DNA from: Bacillota bacterium
GTDB taxonomy: Bacteria > Bacillota > UBA5301 > Bu52
Reading direction: 5' to 3'
Assembly: GCA_014896355.1 (NCBI GenBank)
Contig: JADBKO010000020.1
Coordinates: 21,852 to 85,851, forward strand
Length of the DNA: 64,000 bases
Notes under the pieces: generated by a model
Told to the model about the DNA's origin: nothing
Seen by the model: only the letters and a program-made list of their open reading frames with translations
The model's database searches: none
Program-made: the position numbers and the translations under genes
Shown here: one piece after another, positions 50,502-60,378 of the stretch
How the letters are laid out: every line of letters starts with the position of its first letter
Numbering within the stretch: position 1 is the stretch's first letter

Positions 50502-50775
50502 TAGTCACCTACTGCGGGCAGGAATAGGCTGGCAACGGAGGAACGAAGAGGAAAATGCGGCATTACCTCGAAAATGCGCCCATTGAACCCGCTTTCCGCT
50601 GCACCCAGGGCGCCCGGGCCTGCGCCAAGGGCCCTACGCAGCCCCGGAACGCAGCCAGGCGCGCAGTCCACGGTGCCGCCTTCCCCTCCGGGGCGGACAG
50701 GCGGCGGCTGCCCACCCCCGCCCTCCGCCTGCCAGCCGGCCTGGCCCATACCGTCCTGGGGGAGGAGGCGCGGCC

Positions 50776-51015
50776 GTGATCGCCCTGCGCCGGTTGGACG
50801 GAACGGAGTTCGTCTTGAATGCTTTGCTCATTGAAACGGTGGAAGCCACACCGGATACCATCGTCACCCTGACCACAGGCCGCAAATATGTGGTACGGGA
50901 ACCGGTGGCGGAGGTCGTTCAGGCGGTGATTGCCTTTCATCGCTCCATCCGCTGCAACCATTCTCTGTATCGGTTCCGGCCGGTCAGACCAAGGACGGGA
51001 GGAGAAGGCCAATGA
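50776..51015 (+). CDS. flbD: flagellar protein FlbD
   Basis: MIALRRLDGTEFVLNALLIETVEATPDTIVTLTTGRKYVVREPVAEVVQAVIAFHRSI is the FlbD family. GTG start after a GGGGGAGGAGG site. Confidence 0.8.
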   Translation: MIALRRLDGTEFVLNALLIETVEATPDTIVTLTTGRKYVVREPVAEVVQAVIAFHRSIRCNHSLYRFRPVRPRTGGEGQ

Positions 51016-51458
51016 AACTGGATGGCAAGTGGGTCATATTTGGCGTCGCGCTGGTGATTTTGGCCAGTGTCGGCGGCGGCTGGGTCGTTTACAGCCTGGT
51101 GGCGGATCACCTTCCCAGCGCTCAGCCTCGGGGCCAGGCTATGGCCACCGAGAGCATCGGCCAACCCTGGGATCTGGGCGATTTCACCGTCAATCTGGCT
51201 GATCCCGCCGGGCGGCATTTTGCCCGCCTGAAGATCACCCTGGAGGCCATGAACCCCGAGGTCGTCACGGAGTTGGATCAGCGTAAAGCCCAACTGCGTG
51301 ACTTGGTCATCTCCGTCGTCAGTGTCAAGCGGTTGGAGGATGTGGCTACGGACCAGGGGCGGGAGATGCTCCGCTCGCAGCTTCTGAACTCCGTGAACCG
51401 GCTGCTACTCAAGGGGCGCGTCAAAGCGGTCTATTTTACAGATTTTGTGTATCAGTGA
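51012..51458 (+). CDS. fliL: flagellar basal body-associated protein FliL
   Basis: N-terminal transmembrane helix, then ...DLGDFTVNLADPAGRHFARLKITLEAMNPEV...LRSQLLNSVNRLLLKGRVKAVYFTDFVYQ, which is FliL. Confidence 0.85.
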   Translation: MKLDGKWVIFGVALVILASVGGGWVVYSLVADHLPSAQPRGQAMATESIGQPWDLGDFTVNLADPAGRHFARLKITLEAMNPEVVTELDQRKAQLRDLVISVVSVKRLEDVATDQGREMLRSQLLNSVNRLLLKGRVKAVYFTDFVYQ

Positions 51459-51580
51459 TGCGCAGCGACGCCGCCTCCCGATGCGGGCGGGCCTCGGTAC
51501 CGCGGCGGACTGCGGGTCGCAGTGCAAAGGGTTGCAGCTGATACCTGGCTTCGAGACTAGTCCTGGTGGAGGTAGGCCGG

Positions 51581-52579
51581 ATGCCCGATATTTTGAGTCA
51601 AGACGAAATCGACGCTCTGCTTTCGGCGCTGTCCACAGGAGAAGTGAACGCAGAGCAGATCAAGGGCGAGGAGACCGGGCGTAAAGTAAAGCCTTACGAT
51701 TTTCGGCGCCCGGACAAGTTTTCCAAGGAGCAGCTGCGCACCTTGGAGATGATTCATGAGCACCTGGCCCGGGCCCTGGTGACCACCTGGACTTCGTACT
51801 TGCGCGTTGTGGTGGAGATGCGGGTGACTTCCGTCCAGCAGCTGTCTTATGAAGAGTTCGTCCGTTCGCTGCCGTCCACCACCGCCATTTGTACCTTTAC
51901 CATGACGCCGTTGCCCGGCGAGGGCATCTTCCAGATGGGCAATGAGCTGGCCCTGGCCATCATCGACCGGCTGCTGGGCGGGCACGGCGAAAAGATCAGT
52001 GAGACATCCCGGGAACTGACGGATATTGAACAGACCGTGCTGCGCCGCCTGCTGGTGCGGGGGCTGGCCACCATGAAGGACGCCTGGCGAAACGTGTTGG
52101 ACGTGGAGGCAGAGTTCAAGTCGCTGGAGAGTAATCCCCAGTTTGCCCAGGTGGCGGCGCCGACCCAGATGGTCATCCTGGTTACCATGCAGACGCGCAT
52201 CGGCCAGCAGGAGGGGCTGGTCAACGTCTGTCTCCCAGACAGCATGCTGGAGCCGATTCTACCCAAACTGTCAGCGCAATACTGGTTTTCCGGCACCCGG
52301 CGGGGGGCATCCCCGGAGAATGTCCAGAGACTGCGGCGCCGCCTGGAGGAAATGAAGGTGGAATTGGTGGCGGTGGTGGGGACCGCCGAGGTGACGCTGC
52401 GGGAGCTCATGGCTCTGAAGCCCGGGGATGTGATCCAGCTGGACCATTTTGTGAACCAGGAAGTGGCGGTGTACGTGGGGAGCCACCACAAATTCCTGGG
52501 GCGTCCGGGCCTGGTGGGAAGCCGTTTGGCTTTGCAGGTGACGGATGTGGTGAAGGAGAGGGACGACCATGCGGAGTGA
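51581..52579 (+). CDS. fliM: flagellar motor switch protein FliM
   Basis: MPDILSQDEIDALLSAL... is the CheY-binding N-terminus. FliM middle domain, then a C-terminal FliN-like domain. GGTGGAGG site upstream. Confidence 0.95.
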   Translation: MPDILSQDEIDALLSALSTGEVNAEQIKGEETGRKVKPYDFRRPDKFSKEQLRTLEMIHEHLARALVTTWTSYLRVVVEMRVTSVQQLSYEEFVRSLPSTTAICTFTMTPLPGEGIFQMGNELALAIIDRLLGGHGEKISETSRELTDIEQTVLRRLLVRGLATMKDAWRNVLDVEAEFKSLESNPQFAQVAAPTQMVILVTMQTRIGQQEGLVNVCLPDSMLEPILPKLSAQYWFSGTRRGASPENVQRLRRRLEEMKVELVAVVGTAEVTLRELMALKPGDVIQLDHFVNQEVAVYVGSHHKFLGRPGLVGSRLALQVTDVVKERDDHAE

Positions 52580-54095
52580 GGGGACAGATTCGCGGGGAAG
52601 CGGGCTGTCACCGGAGGAGATCTCAGATCTGCTGCGGGAGGCCGAGGGGAGCCTTGGGGGACCGGCTGCGGCCGGTTCCGGGGATCAACCTGAGCCCGGG
52701 GAGCCATCCAACGTTGCGCCGCCGGCGGCCCAGGTGGGCCCCGCAGGTGGGGCCGGCCCGGCCGGCCCGACCGACCCGGCCGACGCGGCCGACGCGGCCA
52801 GTACGGCGGATCCCGTGGCGGAGCCGGAGGCAACCCCTGCAGGCCCGGCGGCGGAATCCGGGGCAGATGGCGCCGCCGTCGCCGGAGCTGATCACGCTGT
52901 CACCCCAGCTGCCAACCCCACTGCGGACGTTCAGCCGGTGCCTGGCCAGGCAGGCAAGCGCCAGCAGCTGGCCGAAGGCGAGGCGGATGCCCTGGGGGAG
53001 GTGGGTAACATCGCCATGGGCGCCGCTGCCACGGCGCTAGGCAGCCTTTTGAAGCGCCGGGTGGCCATCACCACTCCCCGCGTGCAGGTGACCACGTTGG
53101 AAGAGGTCCTGGGCGAAGGCCCCCAGCTGTTTGTAACGGTGCAGGTGCAGTTTACCCGGGGGCTGGAGGGAACCAACGTCTTTGTGATGCGGCCCAACGA
53201 TGCCGGTATCATTGGCGATCTCATGATGGGCGGCAACGGCACTTGGCGTGGTGGCACGCTGGATGAGGTGTACCTGAGTGCTGTGGCTGAGGCCATGAAT
53301 CAGATGATGGGCTCTGCCGCCACCGCCATGTCCACCATGTTCAACCGGCGCGTGGACATTTCGCCCCCTCACACACAGCTGTGGCAAAGCAACGAGTCAT
53401 CCAGGCTTCCGCCAGAGCTGCCCCCGGGCGGCGAGGTCGTTTGCGTGGCGTTCTCTCTGGAGATTGAAGGGCTTGTAAACAGCGATTTCTATCAATTCTT
53501 GCCTCTTAGGATGGCACATCACATGATCGAGGCGCTCATGGCCGGAGCGGCCGCCTCCGCCCAGGAGTTGGCGGAGGCCTATGCGCCGGTTGCCGGCATC
53601 CCCCCGGGCCTGGACGAGGCGGCCGCCGCGGTGGCTCCGGCGGTGCCGGTACCGCAGGTCGCCTTGCCCGCGACGGCAGCAGATGGCGCCCCTTCGTCGC
53701 CAAATTCCTCACAGGAGGTGCCCACTATGGCCCACGATCCGCGTCTTGCCACAGGTGCAGGGTGGCAGGCTCAGCCGGCGGAAGTCCGACCGGCGCAATT
53801 CACCCAGCTGAGCAGCAGGGCGGTCTCGGACGCACCCCAGAACCTGCAGCTCCTCTTGGATGTGCCGCTGCAGGTCACGGTGGAGCTGGGACGCACCCGC
53901 ATGAAGATCAAGGACGTCCTCGATCTGGGGAAGGGCTCCATCATCGAGCTGGACAAGCTGGCAGGCGAGCCCATCGACGTCCTGGTCAACGGGAAGCTCA
54001 TCGCCAAGGGCGAAGTGGTGGTGATCGACGAAAGCTTCGGCATCAAGATTACCGACATCGTCTCGCCGGCGGAGCGCATGCAAGGCTTACAGTAA
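52569..54095 (+). CDS. fliY: flagellar motor switch phosphatase FliY (CheC-like plus FliN C-terminal domain)
   Basis: LSPEEISDLL..., then CheC-like motifs (ALGEVGNIAMGAAATALGSLL; MNQMMGSAATAMSTMF), then the FliN C-terminus ...LLLDVPLQVTVELGRTRMKIKDVLDLGKGSIIELDKLAGEPIDVLVNGKLIAKGEVVVIDESFGIKITDIVSP. Confidence 0.9.
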   Translation: MRSEGTDSRGSGLSPEEISDLLREAEGSLGGPAAAGSGDQPEPGEPSNVAPPAAQVGPAGGAGPAGPTDPADAADAASTADPVAEPEATPAGPAAESGADGAAVAGADHAVTPAANPTADVQPVPGQAGKRQQLAEGEADALGEVGNIAMGAAATALGSLLKRRVAITTPRVQVTTLEEVLGEGPQLFVTVQVQFTRGLEGTNVFVMRPNDAGIIGDLMMGGNGTWRGGTLDEVYLSAVAEAMNQMMGSAATAMSTMFNRRVDISPPHTQLWQSNESSRLPPELPPGGEVVCVAFSLEIEGLVNSDFYQFLPLRMAHHMIEALMAGAAASAQELAEAYAPVAGIPPGLDEAAAAVAPAVPVPQVALPATAADGAPSSPNSSQEVPTMAHDPRLATGAGWQAQPAEVRPAQFTQLSSRAVSDAPQNLQLLLDVPLQVTVELGRTRMKIKDVLDLGKGSIIELDKLAGEPIDVLVNGKLIAKGEVVVIDESFGIKITDIVSPAERMQGLQ

Positions 54096-54146
54096 TGCGA
54101 CCAAGCCGGCAGCGGTGTGAATTGTGGCTATTCGGAGGGAGTTTGG

Positions 54147-54509
54147 GTGGGAAAACGTGTTCTGATCGTGGATGACGCAGCGTTCATGCGGATGATGCTG
54201 CGGGACATCCTGACGAAGGCCGGCTTCGAAGTGGTGGGGGAGGCCGACAATGGCGCCAGTGCGGTCAAGAGCTACGAAGAGCTTCGTCCGGATGTGGTGA
54301 CCATGGACATCACCATGCCTGAGATGGACGGGATCGCCGCCACCCGCAAGATCAGAGCCCTGGATCCCAATGCCGTGGTGATCATGTGCAGCGCCATGGG
54401 CCAGCAGGCGCTGGTCATCGATGCCATCCAGGCCGGGGCCAAGGATTTCGTGGTCAAGCCTTTTCAGCCCGAGCGGGTTGCGGAAGCAGTCCGCAAGGCT
54501 GTGGGCTGA
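54147..54509 (+). CDS. cheY: chemotaxis response regulator CheY
   Basis: MGKRVLIVDDAAFMRMML...DVVTMDITMPEMDGI...AKDFVVKPF is a receiver domain. GTG at 54147 lies 6 nt after a GGAGGGA site. Confidence 0.9.
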   Translation: MGKRVLIVDDAAFMRMMLRDILTKAGFEVVGEADNGASAVKSYEELRPDVVTMDITMPEMDGIAATRKIRALDPNAVVIMCSAMGQQALVIDAIQAGAKDFVVKPFQPERVAEAVRKAVG

Positions 54510-54528
54510 GAGGCCGGCGGAGTTAGCC

Positions 54529-55041
54529 GTGGGGGACGTGCTGTGGCCCCTTTTGAAAGCGCTCCTGGCCCTGGCGGTAGTGGCGCCTCTGGCTTGGTGG
54601 TCCACGCGGCTCTATGCCACGCGGGCCGGCGGCGGGTTCCTGGCAGGCCGCCGGGCCGGCCGCTACTTACAGGTATGGGAGACCCAGAGCCTGGGCGCCG
54701 CCGGGCAGGTGGTTTTGCTGGCTGCGGGGCCGGAGGTCCTTCTGGTGGTGGTACAGGACAAGTCGGTCCAGCTGGTCCGGTCCTGGCCCAGGGAGCAGTT
54801 CCTGGCTGGCGCCGCGGCCACCGCGAAGGCCGGGAATGGGCCGGAGCCCGCCGGCGCCGGCAAGGCGGCATCAGACTCCCAGGCAGCCGGCGGCGCACTG
54901 GCGCAGGGGGCGATGCAGATCCCGTCTGCGCCGAGGCCGCCCGGAGCGCCCGAAGGTTCATGGGCTGTCCCGGCAGGCTGGGGAAGGCAGGCGACCCGGT
55001 GGTGGAAGCACTGGCAGGAACGAATGTCCGGGAAGGTTTAG
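54529..55041 (+). CDS. fliO: flagellar biosynthesis protein FliO/FliZ
   Basis: Single transmembrane helix ([17 protein letters not shown]), then ...[39 protein letters not shown], the FliO family pattern. Positioned between cheY and fliP. GTG start inferred. Confidence 0.7.
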   Translation: MGDVLWPLLKALLALAVVAPLAWWSTRLYATRAGGGFLAGRRAGRYLQVWETQSLGAAGQVVLLAAGPEVLLVVVQDKSVQLVRSWPREQFLAGAAATAKAGNGPEPAGAGKAASDSQAAGGALAQGAMQIPSAPRPPGAPEGSWAVPAGWGRQATRWWKHWQERMSGKV

Positions 55042-55045
55042 GCGG

Positions 55046-55903
55046 ATGAACGAGGGAGTTTTGCGGCGACACCCGGATTGTCCGGCGCAAGGCCCGAGGA
55101 TGGGGCTGGTGCAGAGACGCAGAGGCACGGGTTTGGAAAGATTGGTATGGGGGGCCGCCGCGGGGGCGGCGGCTTTGTGTGCGTTGTGGGCTGCCCCGGC
55201 GTGGGCGCAGCCCCAGGTGCCGCCGGTGCCGGTGCCGCGGCTGCAGATCGGCCTGCAGCCAGCGCAGAGTCCGCAGGACGTGGCTGCCAGCCTGCAGGTG
55301 TTGCTGCTCCTGACCATTTTGTCCTTAGCACCTTCGATTCTGGTGCTGATGACCTCTTTCACCCGCATCGTGGTGGTTCTGGGGTTTGTCCGGACCTCAC
55401 TGGGTACGCAGCAGCTTCCGCCGAACCAGGTGCTGGTGGGCTTGGCGCTTTTTCTCACGTTTTTTGTCATGGCGCCCACATGGCAGGCGATCAACACCCA
55501 GGCCCTGCAGCCGTACCTGGCCGGGCGCATCACCACAGATCAGGCTCTGCACAATGCCGAGCAGCCGTTGCGGGAGTTCATGTTCCGGCAGACCCGGGAG
55601 AAAGACCTGGGTTTGTTCATCCAGATGGCGAAGCTGAAACCTCCGCGCGACAAGCAGGATGTGCCCACGTACGTGCTGGTGCCGGCCTTTGTCATCAGTG
55701 AGCTGAAAACCGCCTTTCAGATTGGTTTTATGATCTTCATACCGTTTATCGTCATCGATATGATCGTGGCCAGCACCTTAATGTCCATGGGCATGCTGAT
55801 GCTTCCCCCGGTGATGATTTCTCTGCCCTTCAAGATTTTGCTGTTTGTTCTGGCGGACGGGTGGTATATGGTGGTGAAGTCCGTGGTGACCAGTTTTCAT
55901 TGA
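55046..55903 (+). CDS. fliP: flagellar biosynthesis protein FliP
   Basis: Signal peptide, then ...[59 protein letters not shown]... is FliP. The ATG at 55046 follows a GGAAGG site. Confidence 0.9.
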   Translation: MNEGVLRRHPDCPAQGPRMGLVQRRRGTGLERLVWGAAAGAAALCALWAAPAWAQPQVPPVPVPRLQIGLQPAQSPQDVAASLQVLLLLTILSLAPSILVLMTSFTRIVVVLGFVRTSLGTQQLPPNQVLVGLALFLTFFVMAPTWQAINTQALQPYLAGRITTDQALHNAEQPLREFMFRQTREKDLGLFIQMAKLKPPRDKQDVPTYVLVPAFVISELKTAFQIGFMIFIPFIVIDMIVASTLMSMGMLMLPPVMISLPFKILLFVLADGWYMVVKSVVTSFH

Positions 55904-56006
55904 AAAGTAAAGGCATTGGGGGCGGTGGAGGGCCTGGCAGGACCCTGCCGCGGGAGCCTGGCGCAGACTGGCAACGGGCGGGCAGTGGAGCGGGAGGCGA
56001 TGCGTT

Positions 56007-56276
56007 GTGACGGAGGGATTTATCATCGGCATCGGGCGGGACGCTCTCTGGACGGTGCTTTTGATCAGCGCCCCCATTTTGGGGTTAGGGCTTGTCGTGG
56101 GGTTGGTGGTCAGCATTCTGCAGGCCACCACCCAGATTCAGGACGCTACTCTGGCGTTTGTTCCAAAGATTCTGGCGGTCCTGGTGGCGCTGGCTCTCTT
56201 CGGTGGTTGGATGCTTACATCGTTGGTGGATTTCACCCAGCGGATATTCCAAGCCTTGCCCACGGTCCTGGGGTGA
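56007..56276 (+). CDS. fliQ: flagellar biosynthesis protein FliQ
   Basis: 89 aa, two transmembrane helices. ...LISAPILGLGLVVGLVVSILQATTQIQDATLAFVPKILAV... is FliQ. GTG start after a GGGAGG site. Confidence 0.9.
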   Translation: MTEGFIIGIGRDALWTVLLISAPILGLGLVVGLVVSILQATTQIQDATLAFVPKILAVLVALALFGGWMLTSLVDFTQRIFQALPTVLG

Positions 56277-56359
56277 CGGCGTCCCGGGCGTGAAGTGGGT
56301 CGGCGGTAGACATACGGGGCTGGGGAATCGTTGAAGCGGGCCGAGAGGGGGTGGCAGGC

Positions 56360-57160
56360 ATGGAATGGACGCAGCTGTATCAGGGATTGGCGGCGGGATT
56401 TCCGGTGTTCTTGCTGGTGTTCGTGCGTGTCAGCGGCGTGTTGGCCACCAGTCCTTTTTTTGCCAGCCGCGCCATCCCTCTGCCGGTGAAGGCCCTTTCG
56501 CCACTGCTGTTGGCGTTTCTTCTTTGGCCCTCGCTGCCTGCCCATACCCGGGCCCCCAGCCAGTGGCCTCAATATGTGGGGGCTGTGGGGGCAGAAGTCC
56601 TGGTTGGGGTGTTGCTGGGCTTTCTGATTTCCCTGGCCTTTGCCGTGTTCCAGATGGCTGGCGAGTTCGTGGATATCCCAATCGGCTTCAGCCTGGCCAA
56701 TGTGCTGGACCCGGTTTTTGGGGCCCAACAGTCGATCCTGGCCCGCTTTTTGTATGTTCTGGCCACGGTGGTTTTCTTCGCCATCAACGGCCATTATGCC
56801 ATTTTGATGGCCATGGCCCGCAGTTTCTCGATCCTGCCCTTGGGCGGATTCCGGCAATGGCCGGGCTTGACGGAGCTGGTGACCCGCTACTTCGCCGACA
56901 CGTTTGCGCTCGCTTTTCAGGTGGCCTTCCCCGTGGTGGCTGCCATGTTGTTGACGGATGTGGCCTTCGGCATCGTCAACCGCACGGTACCCCAGGTCAA
57001 CGTTTTCATCGTGGGCTTTCCCATGAAGATCTTGGTGGGTTTGCTCTTCCTGGCCATTCTGTTGCCATTCTACGTGGCTACGGTGGAGCGGATCTTCAGC
57101 GGTGACAGCCAGCTCTACCACTTGTTCTACCAGGTCATCACCGGCGGGGGAGGCGGTTAG
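56360..57160 (+). CDS. fliR: flagellar biosynthesis protein FliR
   Basis: Multi-transmembrane protein with FliR-type motifs (FLLVFVRVSGVL...; GFPMKILVGLL). The GTG at 56351 is an alternative start. Confidence 0.9.
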   Translation: MEWTQLYQGLAAGFPVFLLVFVRVSGVLATSPFFASRAIPLPVKALSPLLLAFLLWPSLPAHTRAPSQWPQYVGAVGAEVLVGVLLGFLISLAFAVFQMAGEFVDIPIGFSLANVLDPVFGAQQSILARFLYVLATVVFFAINGHYAILMAMARSFSILPLGGFRQWPGLTELVTRYFADTFALAFQVAFPVVAAMLLTDVAFGIVNRTVPQVNVFIVGFPMKILVGLLFLAILLPFYVATVERIFSGDSQLYHLFYQVITGGGGG

Positions 57161-57161
57161 C

Positions 57162-58259
57162 ATGCCGGACCTCCGTCTGGAGCACATTCAGCTGCAGATT
57201 TTCGCCCTGGACAAGACGGAGCCCGCTACCCCAAAACGGCGTAGCGAGGCCCGCAAGCGGGGTCAAATCCCGCGCACGCAGGAGCTGAACACCGCCGTGG
57301 TGCTGCTGGCGCTGTTTGCCCTGATCCATGCCGGCATGCCGGGGGCCATGGCGCGGATACAGGACTACATGGCCAGCACGTTCGGCAGCCTGGGTGCCGC
57401 CCCCGCATCGGTGGCTGGCCTGCATGTGGTTCTATTTCCGGCCCTGGAGGTCAGCGCCCTGCTCCTGGGACCTGTACTCTTCGTGGCTCTGGTGGCCAGC
57501 GTGCTCTCCAGCGGGTTACAGGTGGGCGTGGTGCTGACGGGCGAGCCGCTGAAACCGCAGTTCAGCCGCATCAACCCCCTGGAGGGCGCCAAGCGGCTGT
57601 TCTCGCGCCGCGGCTTGGTGGAGCTGGGCAAATCCCTGTTGAAAATCGTTATCGTAGGGGGCATGGCCTACTGGACCCTGGCGGGCACCGTGCCCATCTT
57701 TCTGAACATGAACGACATGCCGGTATCCCGGGCGTTCTTGAATGTCAACGAGATCATTTACGACCTGGCCTTGCGCTGCGGCGTGGCGCTTTTGGTCCTG
57801 GCGGCGGCCGACTACGCCTTTCAACGCTGGGAGAATGAGCAGAGCCTGAAAATGACCAAGGAAGAAATCAAGGAAGAGCTCAAAGAAACCGAGGGGAATC
57901 CACAGGTCCGGGGCAAAATCCGCCAGATGCAGCGGCGGCTGGCTGTGGGCCGGATGATGCAGCAGGTTCCCACCGCCGACGTGGTGGTCACCAACCCGAC
58001 CCACTATGCCGTGGCGCTGCGCTATGATCCGGATACCATGGAGGCTCCGGTGGTGGTGGCCAAGGGGGCAGATTTCTTGGCCCTGCGCATCCGCACCCTG
58101 GCGGCGCGGCACGGCGTTCTGATCGTGGAAAACCCCGCACTGGCCCGGACCCTCTACCAGGCCGTGGACGTGGGGCAGGCCATTCCGGTGGAGCTTTACC
58201 AAGCGGTGGCCGAGGTGCTGGCTTTTGTATTCCGCCTGAAAGGAAAGACGGTGAGCTAG
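57162..58259 (+). CDS. flhB: flagellar biosynthesis protein FlhB
   Basis: ...KTEPATPKRRSEARKRGQIP... at the N-terminus, four transmembrane helices, and the NPTH autocleavage site (VVVTNPTHYAVAL). Confidence 0.95.
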   Translation: MPDLRLEHIQLQIFALDKTEPATPKRRSEARKRGQIPRTQELNTAVVLLALFALIHAGMPGAMARIQDYMASTFGSLGAAPASVAGLHVVLFPALEVSALLLGPVLFVALVASVLSSGLQVGVVLTGEPLKPQFSRINPLEGAKRLFSRRGLVELGKSLLKIVIVGGMAYWTLAGTVPIFLNMNDMPVSRAFLNVNEIIYDLALRCGVALLVLAAADYAFQRWENEQSLKMTKEEIKEELKETEGNPQVRGKIRQMQRRLAVGRMMQQVPTADVVVTNPTHYAVALRYDPDTMEAPVVVAKGADFLALRIRTLAARHGVLIVENPALARTLYQAVDVGQAIPVELYQAVAEVLAFVFRLKGKTVS

Positions 58260-58263
58260 GCCC

Positions 58264-60378
58264 ATGGCATCGAATCCGACATCCGCCCCGTCTGCCGCGG
58301 GAATGCGGCCCGGCGCCGGGGTTCTCAGCAACATCGGCCGCTATAACGACCTCTTTGCGGTGGCCGGCATCGTCGGCATCGTGGCCATGATGGTGATTCC
58401 GGTGCCGCCTTTTCTGCTGGACATTCTCCTGGCCACCAACATCAGTCTGGCGCTGCTGATTCTGATGCTGAGCATGAATGTCCAGGAAGCCCTGGATTTC
58501 TCGGTCTTCCCGTCGCTGCTCCTGGTGACCACGCTGTTCCGGCTGGCCTTGAACGTCTCCACCACGCGTCTGATTCTGCTGCACGGGTATGCCGGGGAGA
58601 TCATCAACGCCTTCGGTAATTTCGTGGTGGGCGGCAACTATGTGGTCGGGTTCGTGGTGTTTCTGATTCTGGTGATCATCCAGTTCGTCGTCATTGTGCG
58701 GGGCGCCGAGCGCGTGGCGGAAGTGGCAGCCCGCTTTACCCTGGACGCCATGCCCGGCAAACAGATGAGCATCGACGCCGACCTCAACACCGGGCTCATC
58801 AACGAGAGTGAAGCGCGGCGGCGGCGGGCGAATATCGAACGGGAGGCGGACTTCTATGGCGCCATGGACGGTGCCAGCAAGTTCGTGAAAGGCGACGCCA
58901 TCGCGGCCTTGATTATCCTGATCATCAATGTCTTGGGGGGCTTCATCATCGGCATCGCCCAGAGGGGCATGAGCATCACCCAGGCCCTGCAGACCTACAC
59001 CCTGCTCACTATCGGCGACGGGCTGGTGGCGCAGATCCCCGCTCTTTTGATCTCCACCGCCACGGGCATCATTGTGACCCGGTCTGCCTCCCAGGAGAAC
59101 CTCAGCTCTGAGATGGAGTCACAGCTGACCAGCCAGCCCCGGGTGCTGCTTGTGGGGGCCGGGGTGCTGCTGGTCTTCGCCCTCATCCCAGGCCTGCCGA
59201 AGATCCCCTTCCTGGTACTGGCGGCCGGGGTGGGCTCTCTGGCCGGAGTGCTGCTGCAGTCCCAGAAGAGGAAGGATCAGGCAGCCCAGGAGAAGGCCAA
59301 GGAGGCCGAGCTGGACCAGGCGCGCCGGCCGGAGAACGTGATGAGCCTGCTCAGCATGGATCCGGTGGTGCTGGAGATTGGGTATGGGCTTATTCCCCTG
59401 GTGGACACCGCCCAGGGGGGCGACCTGTTCGACCGCGTCACGTTGCTGCGGCGCCAGCTGGCCCTGGATCTGGGCGTGGTGATTCCCGCCATCCGGGTGC
59501 GGGACAACATGCAGCTGAAGCCCAGCGGCTACCGCATCGAAATCAAGGGCACGGAGGTGGCCGCTGGGGAACTGCTGCTCAGCCATTTTCTGGCCATGGA
59601 TCCGGGGACGGTGAAAAAGCCGGTGCCCGGCATCGCCACCCGAGAGCCGGCTTTCGGCCTGCCGGCCCTCTGGATCGAAGCGGGCCGCCGCGAGGAGGCG
59701 GAGATGGCGGGTTATACCGTGGTGGACCCGCCCTCGGTCCTGGCGACGCACCTGACGGAGATCCTGAAGACCTATGCCTTTGAGCTCCTGGGCCGCCAGG
59801 AAGTGAAGGCATTGCTGGACAACCTGAAAGAAGAATACCCGGCCGTGGTGGAGGAACTGACGCCGCAGGTCCTGACTCTGGGCGAGATTCAGAAGGTGCT
59901 GCAGAACCTTCTGCGGGAAGGCATCCCCATCCGCAATCTGGTGACCATCTGTGAGGCACTGGCCGATTACGGCCGCGCCACCAAGGATCCCGACCTGCTC
60001 ACAGAGCACGTGCGCCAGGCTTTGAGCCGCCAAATCAGCCATCAGTATGCAGAGGGCGGTGTTCTGACCGTCATGACGTTGGAGCCTGCCCTGGAGGATG
60101 CCCTGGTGGGGAAGCTGCAGCAAGGCGAACAGGGGATGGTCCTGGCCATCAGCCCCGACGAAGCCACGCAGCTTCTGCAGGCCATCGGCCGGCACGCCGC
60201 AAGCGCGGCGCAGGCCGGCCATGTACCCATCCTGGTCTGCGACGGCCGGCTGCGCCCGCATTTGAAGCGCCTCTCCGAGCGCTCCCTGCCGCGGCTGGTG
60301 GTGCTTTCCTACAGTGAGATTGCCCGGGAAGTGCAGATCCAATCCGTGGGGATGGTGACTGTGTCCCGTGAAGGTTAA
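58264..60378 (+). CDS. flhA: flagellar biosynthesis protein FlhA
   Basis: 704 aa. N-terminal eight-transmembrane domain with FHIPEP motifs, and the cytoplasmic FlhA-C domain. Confidence 0.95.
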   Translation: MASNPTSAPSAAGMRPGAGVLSNIGRYNDLFAVAGIVGIVAMMVIPVPPFLLDILLATNISLALLILMLSMNVQEALDFSVFPSLLLVTTLFRLALNVSTTRLILLHGYAGEIINAFGNFVVGGNYVVGFVVFLILVIIQFVVIVRGAERVAEVAARFTLDAMPGKQMSIDADLNTGLINESEARRRRANIEREADFYGAMDGASKFVKGDAIAALIILIINVLGGFIIGIAQRGMSITQALQTYTLLTIGDGLVAQIPALLISTATGIIVTRSASQENLSSEMESQLTSQPRVLLVGAGVLLVFALIPGLPKIPFLVLAAGVGSLAGVLLQSQKRKDQAAQEKAKEAELDQARRPENVMSLLSMDPVVLEIGYGLIPLVDTAQGGDLFDRVTLLRRQLALDLGVVIPAIRVRDNMQLKPSGYRIEIKGTEVAAGELLLSHFLAMDPGTVKKPVPGIATREPAFGLPALWIEAGRREEAEMAGYTVVDPPSVLATHLTEILKTYAFELLGRQEVKALLDNLKEEYPAVVEELTPQVLTLGEIQKVLQNLLREGIPIRNLVTICEALADYGRATKDPDLLTEHVRQALSRQISHQYAEGGVLTVMTLEPALEDALVGKLQQGEQGMVLAISPDEATQLLQAIGRHAASAAQAGHVPILVCDGRLRPHLKRLSERSLPRLVVLSYSEIAREVQIQSVGMVTVSREG

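Noticed and set aside
54421-54528. Upstream part of ORF 54421-55041 ([37 protein letters not shown]...) as the FliO N-terminus.
   Set aside because: This part overlaps the cheY 3' end in another frame and has no FliO-like features. The transmembrane helix and FliO motif begin after GTG 54529.
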